From an uncultured Collinsella sp. (GTDB lineage: Bacteria; Actinomycetota; Coriobacteriia; Coriobacteriales; Coriobacteriaceae): DNA of 64,000 bases. The position numbers were made by a program, and so were the translations under genes. Location of the stretch: positions 13,935 through 77,934 of the forward strand of contig CAUAAZ010000006.1 of the NCBI GenBank assembly GCA_958427145.1, in the 5' to 3' direction. Positions 18,428 through 27,652 of the stretch are shown one piece after another; the stretch's first letter is position 1, and every line of letters starts with the position of its first letter. Under the pieces are notes generated by a model, which ran no database searches, had not been told where the DNA came from, and was given only the letters and a program-made list of their open reading frames with translations.

Positions 18428-18913
18428 ATGTTCTCAATCGGTCAACACGTCATTCATCCGGGCCAGGGAGTCTGCACCGTCGTCGGTTTTAGGGACGACA
18501 CACCGCAGCCCATGCTGCTGCTCGAGACCAAGCAGGGACATGCGCAGACGATCCTCATGTACCCCGTGGCGCAGGCCGACCGTCTGCACGCCGCCATCTC
18601 TCAGCAAGATGCCGAGCACCTGCTGAGCCACTATGACGAGCTGGAGTGCGACACCTTTACCGAGCGCAACAGCTCGCTTGAGGAGACACACTTTAAGCAG
18701 CAGCTCAAGCTGGGCGCGCCCGAGACGGTTCGCGTGGCAAAGACCATGATGCACCGCATTCGCCAGGCCGAGGAAGCTGATAAAAAACCCAGCTCCTACT
18801 ACATGCGCGTACTCAAGGAGGCCAAACGCCGCTCCATCGAGGAGTTCGCCGTGGCCCTTGGCGTCACCGAGGAGGCCGCCGAAGCCCGCCTAGCCCAAGC
18901 CGCCCTCAACTAA
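18428..18913 (+). CDS. CarD/CdnL-family transcriptional regulator-like protein
   Basis: 161 aa. The N-terminus MFSIGQHVIHPGQGVCTVVG resembles the CarD_CdnL_TRCF RNAP-interaction domain. Helical C-terminus. Confidence 0.6.
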   Translation: MFSIGQHVIHPGQGVCTVVGFRDDTPQPMLLLETKQGHAQTILMYPVAQADRLHAAISQQDAEHLLSHYDELECDTFTERNSSLEETHFKQQLKLGAPETVRVAKTMMHRIRQAEEADKKPSSYYMRVLKEAKRRSIEEFAVALGVTEEAAEARLAQAALN

Positions 18914-18924
18914 CCCATCCGCGC

Positions 18925-18966
18925 CAAAAACCACCACAAAGGGAACAGGCACCTTTGTGGTGGTTT
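18925..18966. repeat. Palindromic hairpin repeat copy 1 (terminator-like)
   Basis: AAAACCACCACAAAGG-GAACAGGCA-CCTTTGTGGTGGTTTT, 12 nt after the carD-like stop. Confidence 0.85.
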
Positions 18967-19021
18967 TCTTGTTCTAGTAGTATTCATTCTTATCGATACC
19001 CACGAGCACAAGGAGTCTCTT

Positions 19022-19621
19022 ATGGCAGAGCCGCTTACCGCCGGAATCACCCGCGACCGCGCGTTCGAACTGCTCAATGAGCACAACAAGGACCCGTTCC
19101 ATATCACCCATGGCGAGACGGTCGAGGGCACTATGCGCTACTTTGCGCGCGAGTTCGACCCCGAGAACGAGGAGTTTTGGGGCATCGTCGGTCTGCTGCA
19201 CGACCTGGATTGGGAGGAGCATGAGGACGACCCCATTAACCACACCATCTATGCTGCCGAGATTCTTGAGGGCGAAGGTGCGTCTCCCGAGCTCATTCGC
19301 GCCATCCAGACGCACACGTCGGACTTCAACACCTCACTACCCAAGCCCGAGCTGCAGATGGAAAAGATCCTGTTTGCCTGCGATGAGCTCACCGGCCTGA
19401 TCGGCGCTGCCGTCATCATGCGCCCGAGCAAGAGCGTTATGGACTTTACGACCAAGTCGCTCAAGAAGAAGTTCAAGGACAAACGCTTTGCCGCCGGCTG
19501 CTCGCGCGACGTGATTTCGCAGGGCGCCGAGATGTTGGGCTGGGAGCTCCCCGAGCTCTTTGACCGCACCATCGCGGCCATGCAGTCCTTCGCCCCCGAC
19601 CGAGATACCTTCCAGGCCTAA
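19022..19621 (+). CDS. HD-domain metal-dependent phosphohydrolase
   Basis: 199 aa. H...HD signature (ITHGETV ... GLLHDLDWE). Confidence 0.65.
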   Translation: MAEPLTAGITRDRAFELLNEHNKDPFHITHGETVEGTMRYFAREFDPENEEFWGIVGLLHDLDWEEHEDDPINHTIYAAEILEGEGASPELIRAIQTHTSDFNTSLPKPELQMEKILFACDELTGLIGAAVIMRPSKSVMDFTTKSLKKKFKDKRFAAGCSRDVISQGAEMLGWELPELFDRTIAAMQSFAPDRDTFQA

Positions 19622-19636
19622 CCGTCAACGCCACCT

Positions 19637-19678
19637 AAAACCACCACAAAGGGGACAGGCACCTTTGTGGTGGTTTTT
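19637..19678. repeat. Palindromic hairpin repeat copy 2 (between convergent genes)
   Basis: AAAACCACCACAAAGG-GGACAGGCA-CCTTTGTGGTGGTTTTT. Confidence 0.85.
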
Positions 19679-19691
19679 GTTTGCGCGGGCG

Positions 19692-20978
19692 TTAGGGACG
19701 GACCTGGCCGGTGCCGCGGAGCTTGTATTTGTAGGTGGTGAGGGCCTCGGCGGCAAAGGGGCCACGGGCGTGGAGTTTTTGGGTCGAGATGCCGATCTCG
19801 GCGCCCAGGCCAAACTCGCCGCCGTCGGTGAAGCGCGTGCTGGCGTTGGCGTACACGGCCGAGGCATCGACCGCATCCAGGAAGCGCTCGCAAGCATCCG
19901 TGTCCTCGGCAACGATGGCCTCGGAGTGCATCGTGCCGTAGCGGTTGATATGTGCGATGGCCTCGTCCTCGCTCGCCACGACCTTCACGCTCATCTCGAG
20001 CGCCAGATACTCGCGACCCCAGTCCTCCTCAGTCGCGGCAACGTAGTCATCACCCTCGGCAAGCCCGGCGTCGGCGCACGCGGCGCACGTGGCCTCGTCG
20101 CCGTGAATGAGCACGCCGTGGTCGTGCAGCACGGCAACGACCGCAGGCAAAAACGCATTGGCCACAGCATGGTCGACCAGCAGCGACTCGGCGGCATTGC
20201 ACACGCCCACGCGCTGGGTCTTGGCATTGACGATAATGTTGAGCGCCTTATCAAAGTCGGCGGATTCATGCACGTAGATGTGGCAGTTGCCCGTACCCGT
20301 CTCGATCACCGGCACGAGCGACTCGCACATGCAGCGCTGGATCAGGCCTGCACCGCCGCGCGGAATGAGTACGTCGACAATACCGCGGAGCTTCATGAGC
20401 TCGCCGGTGGCCTCGCGGTCGGTGGACTCGATCATCGACACGGCCTCGCGCGGGAAGCCCTTGGCCTCGAGCGCATCGGCCAGCAGCTCAGAAATCATGG
20501 CACACGAGTGATAGGCCAGCGAGCCGCCGCGTAGAATGCAGGCGTTGCCGGTACGGATGCAGATGCCTGCGGCGTCGGCCGTCACGTTGGGGCGCGCCTC
20601 GTAGACCATGGCGACCAGGCCCAACGGCACGCTCACGCGGGTCAGGTCCACACCGCTCGCAAGCACGCGGTGGTCGAGCACGCGGCCGACGGGATCGGGC
20701 AGCTCGGCGAGCTTCTCCAAACCGGCGGCCATGCCCTCGACGCGCTCAGGCGTCAGCAGCAGACGGTCGAGCAGACCGGCCGAAGTGCCCGCATCGCGCG
20801 CGGCGGACATATCGAGCTCGTTGGCGGCGACGATGGAGTCGACACCGTTGCGCAGTGCTGCGGCCATGGCGCGCACGGCCTCCTGGCGCTGCTCATCGCT
20901 CGCCGTGGCAAGCGAGGCCGACGCTGCCTTGGCGGCAACGGCAAGATCGTGGACATACGTGGCTATATCGACCGACAT
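19692..20978 (-). CDS. proA: Glutamate-5-semialdehyde dehydrogenase (gamma-glutamyl phosphate reductase)
   Basis: 428 aa. Aldehyde dehydrogenase fold with ProA-type VCNAAESLLV and C-terminal TYKYKLRGTGQVRP. Confidence 0.9.
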   Translation of the reverse strand: MSVDIATYVHDLAVAAKAASASLATASDEQRQEAVRAMAAALRNGVDSIVAANELDMSAARDAGTSAGLLDRLLLTPERVEGMAAGLEKLAELPDPVGRVLDHRVLASGVDLTRVSVPLGLVAMVYEARPNVTADAAGICIRTGNACILRGGSLAYHSCAMISELLADALEAKGFPREAVSMIESTDREATGELMKLRGIVDVLIPRGGAGLIQRCMCESLVPVIETGTGNCHIYVHESADFDKALNIIVNAKTQRVGVCNAAESLLVDHAVANAFLPAVVAVLHDHGVLIHGDEATCAACADAGLAEGDDYVAATEEDWGREYLALEMSVKVVASEDEAIAHINRYGTMHSEAIVAEDTDACERFLDAVDASAVYANASTRFTDGGEFGLGAEIGISTQKLHARGPFAAEALTTYKYKLRGTGQVRP

Positions 20979-21090
20979 GGGCGGCCCTTTCTCCTAGAAG
21001 TTTGCAACCATGGTAGCCGATTTGCGCATGGCCTCGCCCGCGGCGGTAGAATTGGTCAACCCGAAACACCGCAACGAACGGAAGACTCAC

Positions 21091-22509
21091 ATGGCCCTCA
21101 TCACTTCGTACCACGTCCCCGGCCTTTACGTCGAGGACCACAGCATCGACGTCCCCCTTGACTGGCGCGGCCTGGAGCCGATGCTCCTGGCCGTCGGCAG
21201 TACCATGCGCCGCGGCGCTATGCCGGCACCCATCGCCGGCGCGCCCGAGAGCATCAAGCTCTTCTACCGCGTGGTTTGCGCGCCCGACCGCATCAACGAC
21301 GATCTGCCGCTGCTCCTGTTTTTGCAGGGCGGCCCCGGCGGCGAGAGCCCACGTCCGCTGTCGCCCACAAGCGACGGCTGGATCGAGGAGGCCGTCAAGC
21401 ACTTCCGCGTGGTCCTTCCCGACCAGCGCGGCACCGGACGCAGTAGCTGCGTGGACGGGCGCACGATCAAGGCACTGGGTGAGCGCGCGACGGCGGCCGG
21501 CTCCGATGCCGCACGCTCGCAGGCGGATTTCCTCAAGCGCCACCTCGCCAGCTCCATCGTGCGCGATTTTGAGTACCTGCGCCTGGTGGGCTTTGGCGGC
21601 AAGCCCTGGGTCACACTCGGGCAGAGCTACGGCGGCTTTTTGACGTTGAGCTATCTGTCGCTCTTCCCCGAGGGCATAGCGGCAAGCTTTACCTGCGGCG
21701 GCATCCCCCACGTGCCGGCGAGCGCAAGCGAGGTCTACGCGCACACCTTCCCGCGCATGGCCGCCAAGACGCAGCAGTATTACGACCGCTACCCCGCTGA
21801 CGTCGACCGCGTGGCAGCCCTGGCCGATGCGCTCGAGGCCCAGAAGCCCGTGCTGCCCGACGGCTCGCCGATGACGGTCGAGCGCCTACAGCTCATGGGC
21901 AGCGACTTTGGCATGAAGCCGAGCTTTGAGCGCATGCATTGGATTATCGATCACGCGTTTGTTACTGGCGACGGTACGCTTAGCTGCGGCTCCTCGGTAT
22001 CCGACAGCTTTTTGATGCGCGCCTTCGAGCGCACCAACACGCGTACAAACCCGCTGTACTGGACGCTGCAGGAGTTTATCTACGCCGACGGCGACACCAT
22101 GCCCATTCGCTGGGCCGCAGCAGAGGAGAAGGCCCATCGTGCCGAGTTCGACACACTCGCGCGCCCGCTCATGATTACCGGCGAGGCCATGTTCCCGTGG
22201 ATGTTTGAGCAGATGCCCGAGCTTATGCCGTTTAAGCCCGCCATGGACCTGCTGATGGAAGACACCAGCTGGGACAAGATCTACGACCCGCAGCGCCTAG
22301 CCTGCAACGAGGTGCCACTCCAGGCCGCGGTGTATTTCGACGATATGTACGTCGATTCGGGCATGCAGCTCGATACGCTCAGCCGCGTGGGCAACTCGCA
22401 TGCCTGGGTGACCAACGAGTTCGAGCACGACGGCCTGCACGGCAGCGTGGTGTTCAAGCACCTCTTCGACGAAGCGCTCAACCGCGGAGACCTGCGCCGG
22501 ATCTTCTAG
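21091..22509 (+). CDS. Alpha/beta-hydrolase prolyl aminopeptidase (proline iminopeptidase, S33-like)
   Basis: Start at MALITSYHV. Motifs LLFLQGGPGGES, PDQRGTGRS and nucleophile elbow GQSYGG. Confidence 0.7.
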   Translation: MALITSYHVPGLYVEDHSIDVPLDWRGLEPMLLAVGSTMRRGAMPAPIAGAPESIKLFYRVVCAPDRINDDLPLLLFLQGGPGGESPRPLSPTSDGWIEEAVKHFRVVLPDQRGTGRSSCVDGRTIKALGERATAAGSDAARSQADFLKRHLASSIVRDFEYLRLVGFGGKPWVTLGQSYGGFLTLSYLSLFPEGIAASFTCGGIPHVPASASEVYAHTFPRMAAKTQQYYDRYPADVDRVAALADALEAQKPVLPDGSPMTVERLQLMGSDFGMKPSFERMHWIIDHAFVTGDGTLSCGSSVSDSFLMRAFERTNTRTNPLYWTLQEFIYADGDTMPIRWAAAEEKAHRAEFDTLARPLMITGEAMFPWMFEQMPELMPFKPAMDLLMEDTSWDKIYDPQRLACNEVPLQAAVYFDDMYVDSGMQLDTLSRVGNSHAWVTNEFEHDGLHGSVVFKHLFDEALNRGDLRRIF

Positions 22510-22510
22510 C

Positions 22511-22564
22511 TAAGGAGTGTCCCAAAGTGCCGGCACATAAGGAACGTCCCCAAGTGCCGGCACG
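22511..22564. repeat. Two tandem 27-bp units, each containing the palindrome GTGCCGGCAC
   Basis: TAAGGAGTGTCCCAAAGTGCCGGCACA / TAAGGAACGTCCCCAAGTGCCGGCACG. Same family as 35260-35340. Confidence 0.75.
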
Positions 22565-22565
22565 A

Positions 22566-22610
22566 GAAAGACAGCGCTGCAGGAAACGATCCGCAGCGCT
22601 GTCTTTCTTT
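22566..22610. terminator. Bidirectional terminator between the prolyl aminopeptidase gene and proB
   Basis: GAAAGACAGCGCTGC / GCAGCGCTGTCTTTC 15-bp perfect stem followed by TTT. Confidence 0.7.
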
Positions 22611-23736
22611 ATGCAAATACGATCAAGTTATCCCTGTGTATCGCCGGCTTCTCGGCCAGGTTAGCGAGCAGGCGGTTGCTGGCGATCTGGTCCTGGCGGC
22701 GGCCGGCTGCAAGCTCCAGCACGTCCGAATCGGCCTCGGCGATACCGCGGGCGACGACCATACCGCTCGGATCGCACACATCGAGCACATCGCCCTCGGC
22801 AAACTGGCCATCGACCTCGCAAATACCCACCGCAAGCAGGGAAGAGCCACGGCTGACCAGCGCCTTCGCAGCACCGTCATCAACCGTCACCGAGCCGTGG
22901 GCCTTGTCGCCCAGCGCGATCCACAGTTTGCGGGGTGCGATGTCCAGGCGCTCCGCCGGCGGATCGAACAGGGTTCCCACGCTCTCGCCGCGGGCGAGAC
23001 GCACGAGGGCATCGGGGTCCTCGCCCGAGCAAATCACGCTCTGAATGCCCGCCGTCATCAGGATGCGGCTCGCGCGAATCTTGGTGATCATGCCGCCCGT
23101 ACCCACCGAGGTCGAAGAATCACCCGCCGAGGCAATGATCTTGGCATCGATCTTATGCACGACCGGGACAAACTCGGCCGTCGGATCCTCGTGCGGATTG
23201 GCGGTGTAGAGGCCGTCGATGTCGGACAGCGTCACGCACAGGTCGGCGGAAACCAGGCAGCTCACGAGCGCCGCCAGCGTGTCGTTGTCGCCAAACTTGA
23301 TCTCGTCGACGGTAACGGTGTCGTTCTCGTTGACGACCGGCACCACGCCCAGCTCCACCAGACGCAGCAGGGCGTCGCGCGCGTGCAGGTAGGACGTGCG
23401 ACGCGCCGTGTCGTGACGCGTGAGCAGCACGAGCGAGGTGAGCAGGTCGCGCGCATGGAACTCCACGTCGTAGGCCGACGAGATGATGCACTGACCAGCC
23501 GAGGCGCAGGCCTGCAGGCTCGGAAGGTCGCCGACCGGCTTGCGGTCGAAGCCCAACACGGGATAGCCACAGGCGATAGCGCCCGAGCTCACCACGACCA
23601 GACGCCAGCCGAGCTTGCGCAGCGCTGCGGCTTGATCGGCAAGTCCGCCGATAAAGGCGCGGTTGACCTTGCCATCGGCGCCCACCACCGTGGACGAACC
23701 GATCTTTACCACCATCGTTTTATAAGAAGTCGTCAT
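22609..23736 (-). CDS. proB: Glutamate 5-kinase with a PUA domain
   Basis: 375 aa. VVKIGSSTV and NENDTVTVDEIKFGDNDTLAALV, plus a C-terminal PUA-like segment. Confidence 0.9.
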   Translation of the reverse strand: MTTSYKTMVVKIGSSTVVGADGKVNRAFIGGLADQAAALRKLGWRLVVVSSGAIACGYPVLGFDRKPVGDLPSLQACASAGQCIISSAYDVEFHARDLLTSLVLLTRHDTARRTSYLHARDALLRLVELGVVPVVNENDTVTVDEIKFGDNDTLAALVSCLVSADLCVTLSDIDGLYTANPHEDPTAEFVPVVHKIDAKIIASAGDSSTSVGTGGMITKIRASRILMTAGIQSVICSGEDPDALVRLARGESVGTLFDPPAERLDIAPRKLWIALGDKAHGSVTVDDGAAKALVSRGSSLLAVGICEVDGQFAEGDVLDVCDPSGMVVARGIAEADSDVLELAAGRRQDQIASNRLLANLAEKPAIHRDNLIVFA

Positions 23737-23816
23737 ACGTCAAACCAATCAACTGTTCAGCGAACGGGCGAACGGGCAAGCGAGAAAATGATCCGTTATC
23801 TTCCGTCGCATGCTGA

Positions 23817-25322
23817 TCATTTTGCCCAGGGGAAAGCCGAGGCCGCGGCCATGTTCTTGCGCACGAGCTCGTCGCGCACCTGAGCCAGGCCCTGCTCCAT
23901 GCCCACCACATAGGTCTGCGGGTACAGGAAGCGCTTGAAAGCTGCGTCCAGATGATCGAGCGCCCAAACACAGCGCTCGCGCGCGTCCTGGATGCTCTCA
24001 CGCGGAGCCACTGCGCTGCCATCGCGCACGATCGGCACCAGCAGCTCGCGATACTCAAGCTCCGACACGTCGGTCACCAGGGCGGCATCATTCACGGCCA
24101 CGAGGGTATTGCCGCGCGCGGCGCCCTCCCCCACCAGATGGTCCTCGTCGTAGATCATGTCGCAGACCGGGCCGCCAAAGCCGTCGTAATAACGGCGCAC
24201 GCGCTGCACGCCCGGGATCGTGCGCTTGTAGGGCTGCTCGGAGAGCTTGACCACCGGCGTCCACGGGTCGGCCTCGCTCGCACGGCGGGCGGAAAGCTTG
24301 TACACGCCGCCCAGCGCCGGCTGGTCGTAGCAGGTCGCGAGCTTGGTGCCCACGCCAAAGCTATCGATGGGCGCGCCCTGGTCGAGCAGCGACTGAATCG
24401 TGTACTCATCCAGATCGTTAGAAACCGAGATCCCCACATAGGGCAGGCCCTCGGCATCGAAACGACCGCGGACATACTTGGAGAGCTTGGCGAGGTCGCC
24501 CGAGTCAATGCGAATAGCCGACAGGCGCTCGCCCGCCGCCTCCATCTCCTTGGCAACCGTAATGGCATGCTCGCAGCCCTCGCGCACATCGTAGGTGTCG
24601 ATGAGCAGCGTGCAGTTCTTGGGGCTCGACTTGGCAAAGGCGCGGAAGGCCTCGAGCTCGGAATCGAAGCTCATCACCCAGCTGTGCGCATGCGTGCCAA
24701 AGACGGGAATACCGTAGCGGCGGCCGGCGAGCACATTGGACGTAGAGGAGCAGCCGGCGACGTAGCTCGCGCGCGCAACGGCCAGGCCGCCATCGGGACC
24801 CTGGGCTCGGCGCAGGCCAAACTCGGCCACGGGACGGCCGTCCGCTGCCAGCACCACGCGCGCCGTCTTGGTGGCGACAAGTGTCTGGAACCCGACGATG
24901 TTGAGCAGCGCCGTCTCGAGCAGCTGGCACTCGAGCGCAGGACCGGTGACGCGCACCATGGGCTCGCGTGGAAAGACGAGCTCGCCCTCGGGGACGGCGT
25001 CGATATTTACATGCGCACGAAAATCGCGCAGGTAGTCGAGGAATGCGGACTTGAACATCGCGCCGCCGGCCGGGGCCTCAAGCGATGCGAGGTAGTCGAT
25101 ATCCTCGGGCGTAAAGCGCAGATTCTCGACTAGCTCGGGCAGCTCGGCGGTGCCGCACATGACGGCATAGGCGCTGCCAAAGGGATGGTCGCGGTAAAAC
25201 GCGGTAAAACAACCCTGCTCATTGGCCTTGCCGCTCTCCCACAGGCCCTGGGCCATAGTGAGTTCGTACAGATCGGTGAGCATTGCGATGTCGGTGGGAT
25301 GAGAGATATCGGTCAAAGCCAT
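23817..25322 (-). CDS. pncB: Nicotinate phosphoribosyltransferase
   Basis: Start at MALTDISHP. Motifs MLTDLYELTMAQG, FGLRRAQG and GTHAHSWVMSF. Confidence 0.85.
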   Translation of the reverse strand: MALTDISHPTDIAMLTDLYELTMAQGLWESGKANEQGCFTAFYRDHPFGSAYAVMCGTAELPELVENLRFTPEDIDYLASLEAPAGGAMFKSAFLDYLRDFRAHVNIDAVPEGELVFPREPMVRVTGPALECQLLETALLNIVGFQTLVATKTARVVLAADGRPVAEFGLRRAQGPDGGLAVARASYVAGCSSTSNVLAGRRYGIPVFGTHAHSWVMSFDSELEAFRAFAKSSPKNCTLLIDTYDVREGCEHAITVAKEMEAAGERLSAIRIDSGDLAKLSKYVRGRFDAEGLPYVGISVSNDLDEYTIQSLLDQGAPIDSFGVGTKLATCYDQPALGGVYKLSARRASEADPWTPVVKLSEQPYKRTIPGVQRVRRYYDGFGGPVCDMIYDEDHLVGEGAARGNTLVAVNDAALVTDVSELEYRELLVPIVRDGSAVAPRESIQDARERCVWALDHLDAAFKRFLYPQTYVVGMEQGLAQVRDELVRKNMAAASAFPWAK

Positions 25323-25406
25323 GGGGCGACCTTTCGGATGTGTGGTGCAGAATTTGAGGGTTGGACGAGAGCAGAGCATGCGGACATGACGCCCGATGCA
25401 AATCGG

Positions 25407-25901
25407 TTAGAGCAGGCCCAAGCTGGTCAGGATCGTGTAGCCCATAAAGATGACAAACGCGATGAGGGCAAGGACAATGATGATTTTTTGAGCCGGCGCC
25501 ATGCCAGGAATCTCGTTCTCGCCCGCAGGTTCCTTGGAGGTAACCATGCGCTGGGCAAAGGTCATCTCGTCACGGCTCGGCTTGGGCTCGACGGACTTGG
25601 GACGAGCGGCCTTTTTAGGCTGAGGTTTGGGCGCGGCAGGTGCAGGCTTCGCTGCAGCGGGCTTGGGCGCGGCAGGTGCAGGCTTCGCAGCAGCGGGCTT
25701 GGGTGCGGGCGCGGGCTTGCGCTCGGATGCGGCGTTCGAGGCGACCACCTCGGCCTTCGCACGCTCGGCACGCAGGGCAGCCAGCTCCTCGCGCTCGCGA
25801 CGGGCCTCTTCCCGAGCCTCGCGGCGGGCCTTCTCAGCGCGGAGCTCTTCCAACTCAGCGCGCTCCTCGTCGGACAATGGTTGGGACTCAAGCTCGGCCA
25901 T
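25407..25901 (-). CDS. Hypothetical tail-anchored membrane protein with a charged coiled-coil and Ala/Pro/Lys repeats
   Basis: Start at MAELESQ. An EERAELEELRAEKARRE segment, a KPAAAKPAPAAP repeat and a single C-terminal hydrophobic helix. Contains a 2 x 36-bp in-frame tandem repeat. Confidence 0.5.
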   Translation of the reverse strand: MAELESQPLSDEERAELEELRAEKARREAREEARREREELAALRAERAKAEVVASNAASERKPAPAPKPAAAKPAPAAPKPAAAKPAPAAPKPQPKKAARPKSVEPKPSRDEMTFAQRMVTSKEPAGENEIPGMAPAQKIIIVLALIAFVIFMGYTILTSLGLL

Positions 25902-25965
25902 GGTAAAGCCCTTTCTTTTAAAAAAAGCCGCCGACACAATGTCAGCGGCTTATCAAATCCAAGGG

Positions 25966-26038
25966 TGGAGACGAAGGGAGTCGAACCCTCGGCCTCTGCC
26001 ATGCGACGGCAGCGCTCTCCCAACTGAGCTACGTCCCC
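25966..26038 (-). tRNA. tRNA-Ala (anticodon CGC)
   Basis: Reverse complement is GGGGACGTAGCTCAGTTGGGAGAGCGCTGCCGTCGCATGGCAG...TTCGACTCCCTTCGTCTCCA. G3:U70 identity pair present. CCA not encoded. Confidence 0.9.
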
Positions 26039-26141
26039 AGGACAAGTCGATATTTTACCTACGGCTCGCCAACTGTCAACGCCCAATAACCAGTCTTTTT
26101 GGGACGCGGCTATTTTGGCAACTATTGAACAGGCGATCCTC

Positions 26142-26180
26142 TCGATGATTTTTTAATCCCCGTCCCAGAAAAATCATCGA
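26142..26180. repeat. Hairpin with conserved loop TAATCCCCGTCCCAG (copy 1)
   Basis: 12-bp stem TCGATGATTTTT / AAAAATCATCGA, 9 nt beyond the stop of the radical SAM gene. A second copy lies at 37225-37263. Confidence 0.7.
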
Positions 26181-26188
26181 CGAACGCC

Positions 26189-27142
26189 CTACTTTGCGCT
26201 GGTGAGGACGCCGGTGGTGTCGAAGGCCGGGGTGAAGCTCTCGTCTACCGCGCCGCCCTCTTGCCAGAACATCGTCGTAAAGCCCAGGTCGTCGGCATGG
26301 TCGAGCACCTGCTCGTACTCCTCGCGCGTCACGGCGCGCGCCAGGTCGCCGCCCTGCTCGCGCATAAGCGCATTGGGCGTGTACTGGTTCATGACCGAGA
26401 TCGGCACATCGCCCACCGTCTGCCACACTAGGTCCAGTACGCGACACGAATCGTCCGCATGCCCCGGAAGCACCAGGTGGCGCACGATCATACCGCGCTT
26501 CATAAGCCCGTCCTCGTCCACCAACTCTCCCCCGCGGCGATCGATCTCGCGCGCCATCTGGACCAGGCCCGACACGGCCACACGCGGGTAATCCTTTATA
26601 TGAGAGAGCGACTGCGCAAGCCCGGCATCGGCATATTTAAAGTCGGTGAGCCACACATCGACCAGGTCGCCCAGCGCCGCCACGGCACTCGCGCGCTCAT
26701 AACCGCTCGTGTTGTAGACGATTGGGATGACCAGCCCGCGCGCCCGTGCCGCGGCAATCGCGGCAGGCAACAGGTGCGCATAGTGCGTCGCCGTCACCAA
26801 ATTGATGTTGTTGGCACCCTGGTCCTGCAGTTCCAGCATAATCTCGACCAGGCGCTCAGGCGAAATCTCAAGGCCAAAATTGCCGGTCGAGATCTCGTGG
26901 TTCTGGCAGTAGATACATTTGAGCGAGCAGCCGCTAAAGAAGATCGTGCCCGAACCGGCCTCGCCCGAGATAGGCGGCTCCTCCCACATATGAAGCGCGG
27001 CGCGGGCCACCTTGAGCGTGTCGTTAGCACCGCAGACGCCGTGCGCGCCCTCATCGCGCGCCGCACCGCAACGGCGCGGACACAAATGGCAGGCGGGCGA
27101 AAAAAGTTCGGTCAACGACGTCGGCATAAAACCATGCTCCAA
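26189..27142 (-). CDS. Radical SAM protein, PflX-like (pyruvate formate-lyase activase homolog)
   Basis: 317 aa. The motif FFSGCSLKCIYCQNHEIS is the CxxxCxxC cluster motif. Overall resembles COG1313. Confidence 0.75.
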   Translation of the reverse strand: MEHGFMPTSLTELFSPACHLCPRRCGAARDEGAHGVCGANDTLKVARAALHMWEEPPISGEAGSGTIFFSGCSLKCIYCQNHEISTGNFGLEISPERLVEIMLELQDQGANNINLVTATHYAHLLPAAIAAARARGLVIPIVYNTSGYERASAVAALGDLVDVWLTDFKYADAGLAQSLSHIKDYPRVAVSGLVQMAREIDRRGGELVDEDGLMKRGMIVRHLVLPGHADDSCRVLDLVWQTVGDVPISVMNQYTPNALMREQGGDLARAVTREEYEQVLDHADDLGFTTMFWQEGGAVDESFTPAFDTTGVLTSAK

Positions 27143-27261
27143 AACAACGATTCAGCAGCTCAAACGTAAAGGGATCAACCCCACAGACGGCTCGAGCCCA
27201 AGGCGCCGTAATCGTCCGACACGATTTTTGTAATGTCAAGACTGGAATCGATAAAGTGCCG

Positions 27262-27421
27262 CTTTATGATGTAGGTATTCCGCCCCCCGCGGAGCAACTG
27301 GGTGAACCGTCGCGTTTATTTAGGGAGCCCACACAGTCGTACCTAGTACAGGTATCCTTCGTTGTTAAGGACGCTGGAACAGTCGATGAGGGCACCCACC
27401 TGTTTTAGGTGGGTTCATTTT
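27262..27421 (+). ncRNA. Candidate structured leader / small RNA ending in an intrinsic terminator. Class unassigned, with weak resemblance to the ydaO (c-di-AMP) motif.
   Basis: Promoter-like TTGTAA-16-GATAAA lies upstream. Several short hairpins. Terminator ACCCACCT-GTTTT-AGGTGGGT + TCATTTTC at 27394-27421. About 230 nt upstream of the GT4 gene. Confidence 0.3.
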
Positions 27422-27652
27422 CGTAACGTGGGGGGTGGTTTTCTTTTGCCGAAAATCACCATTACAGTCCATATGGATCCCCGCCGGCATCCCGACAAGC
27501 CATCGACAACATCCCAATATCTGGTAAGCGCGTGATTATCGCTGCGTGCAATTCCATGCACCCCCCTTGGTCGAGTATTATGGTTCGGCTATGCCCTTTG
27601 CGCATGGCGTTCTTCTGACCTTTTCCTTCGACGCTTGGCGGTTTTTAGATTC

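Noticed and set aside
19560-20534. ORFs whose N-termini contain the recurring peptide PPQRGQAPLWWF. Others are 30659-31741, 33245-33961, 45515-46204 (long form) and 58740-59861.
   Set aside because: The shared peptide is simply the translation of the palindromic hairpin repeat, and these ORFs otherwise run antisense to real genes. For 45515-46204 a downstream GTG start at 46057 with an RBS fits better.
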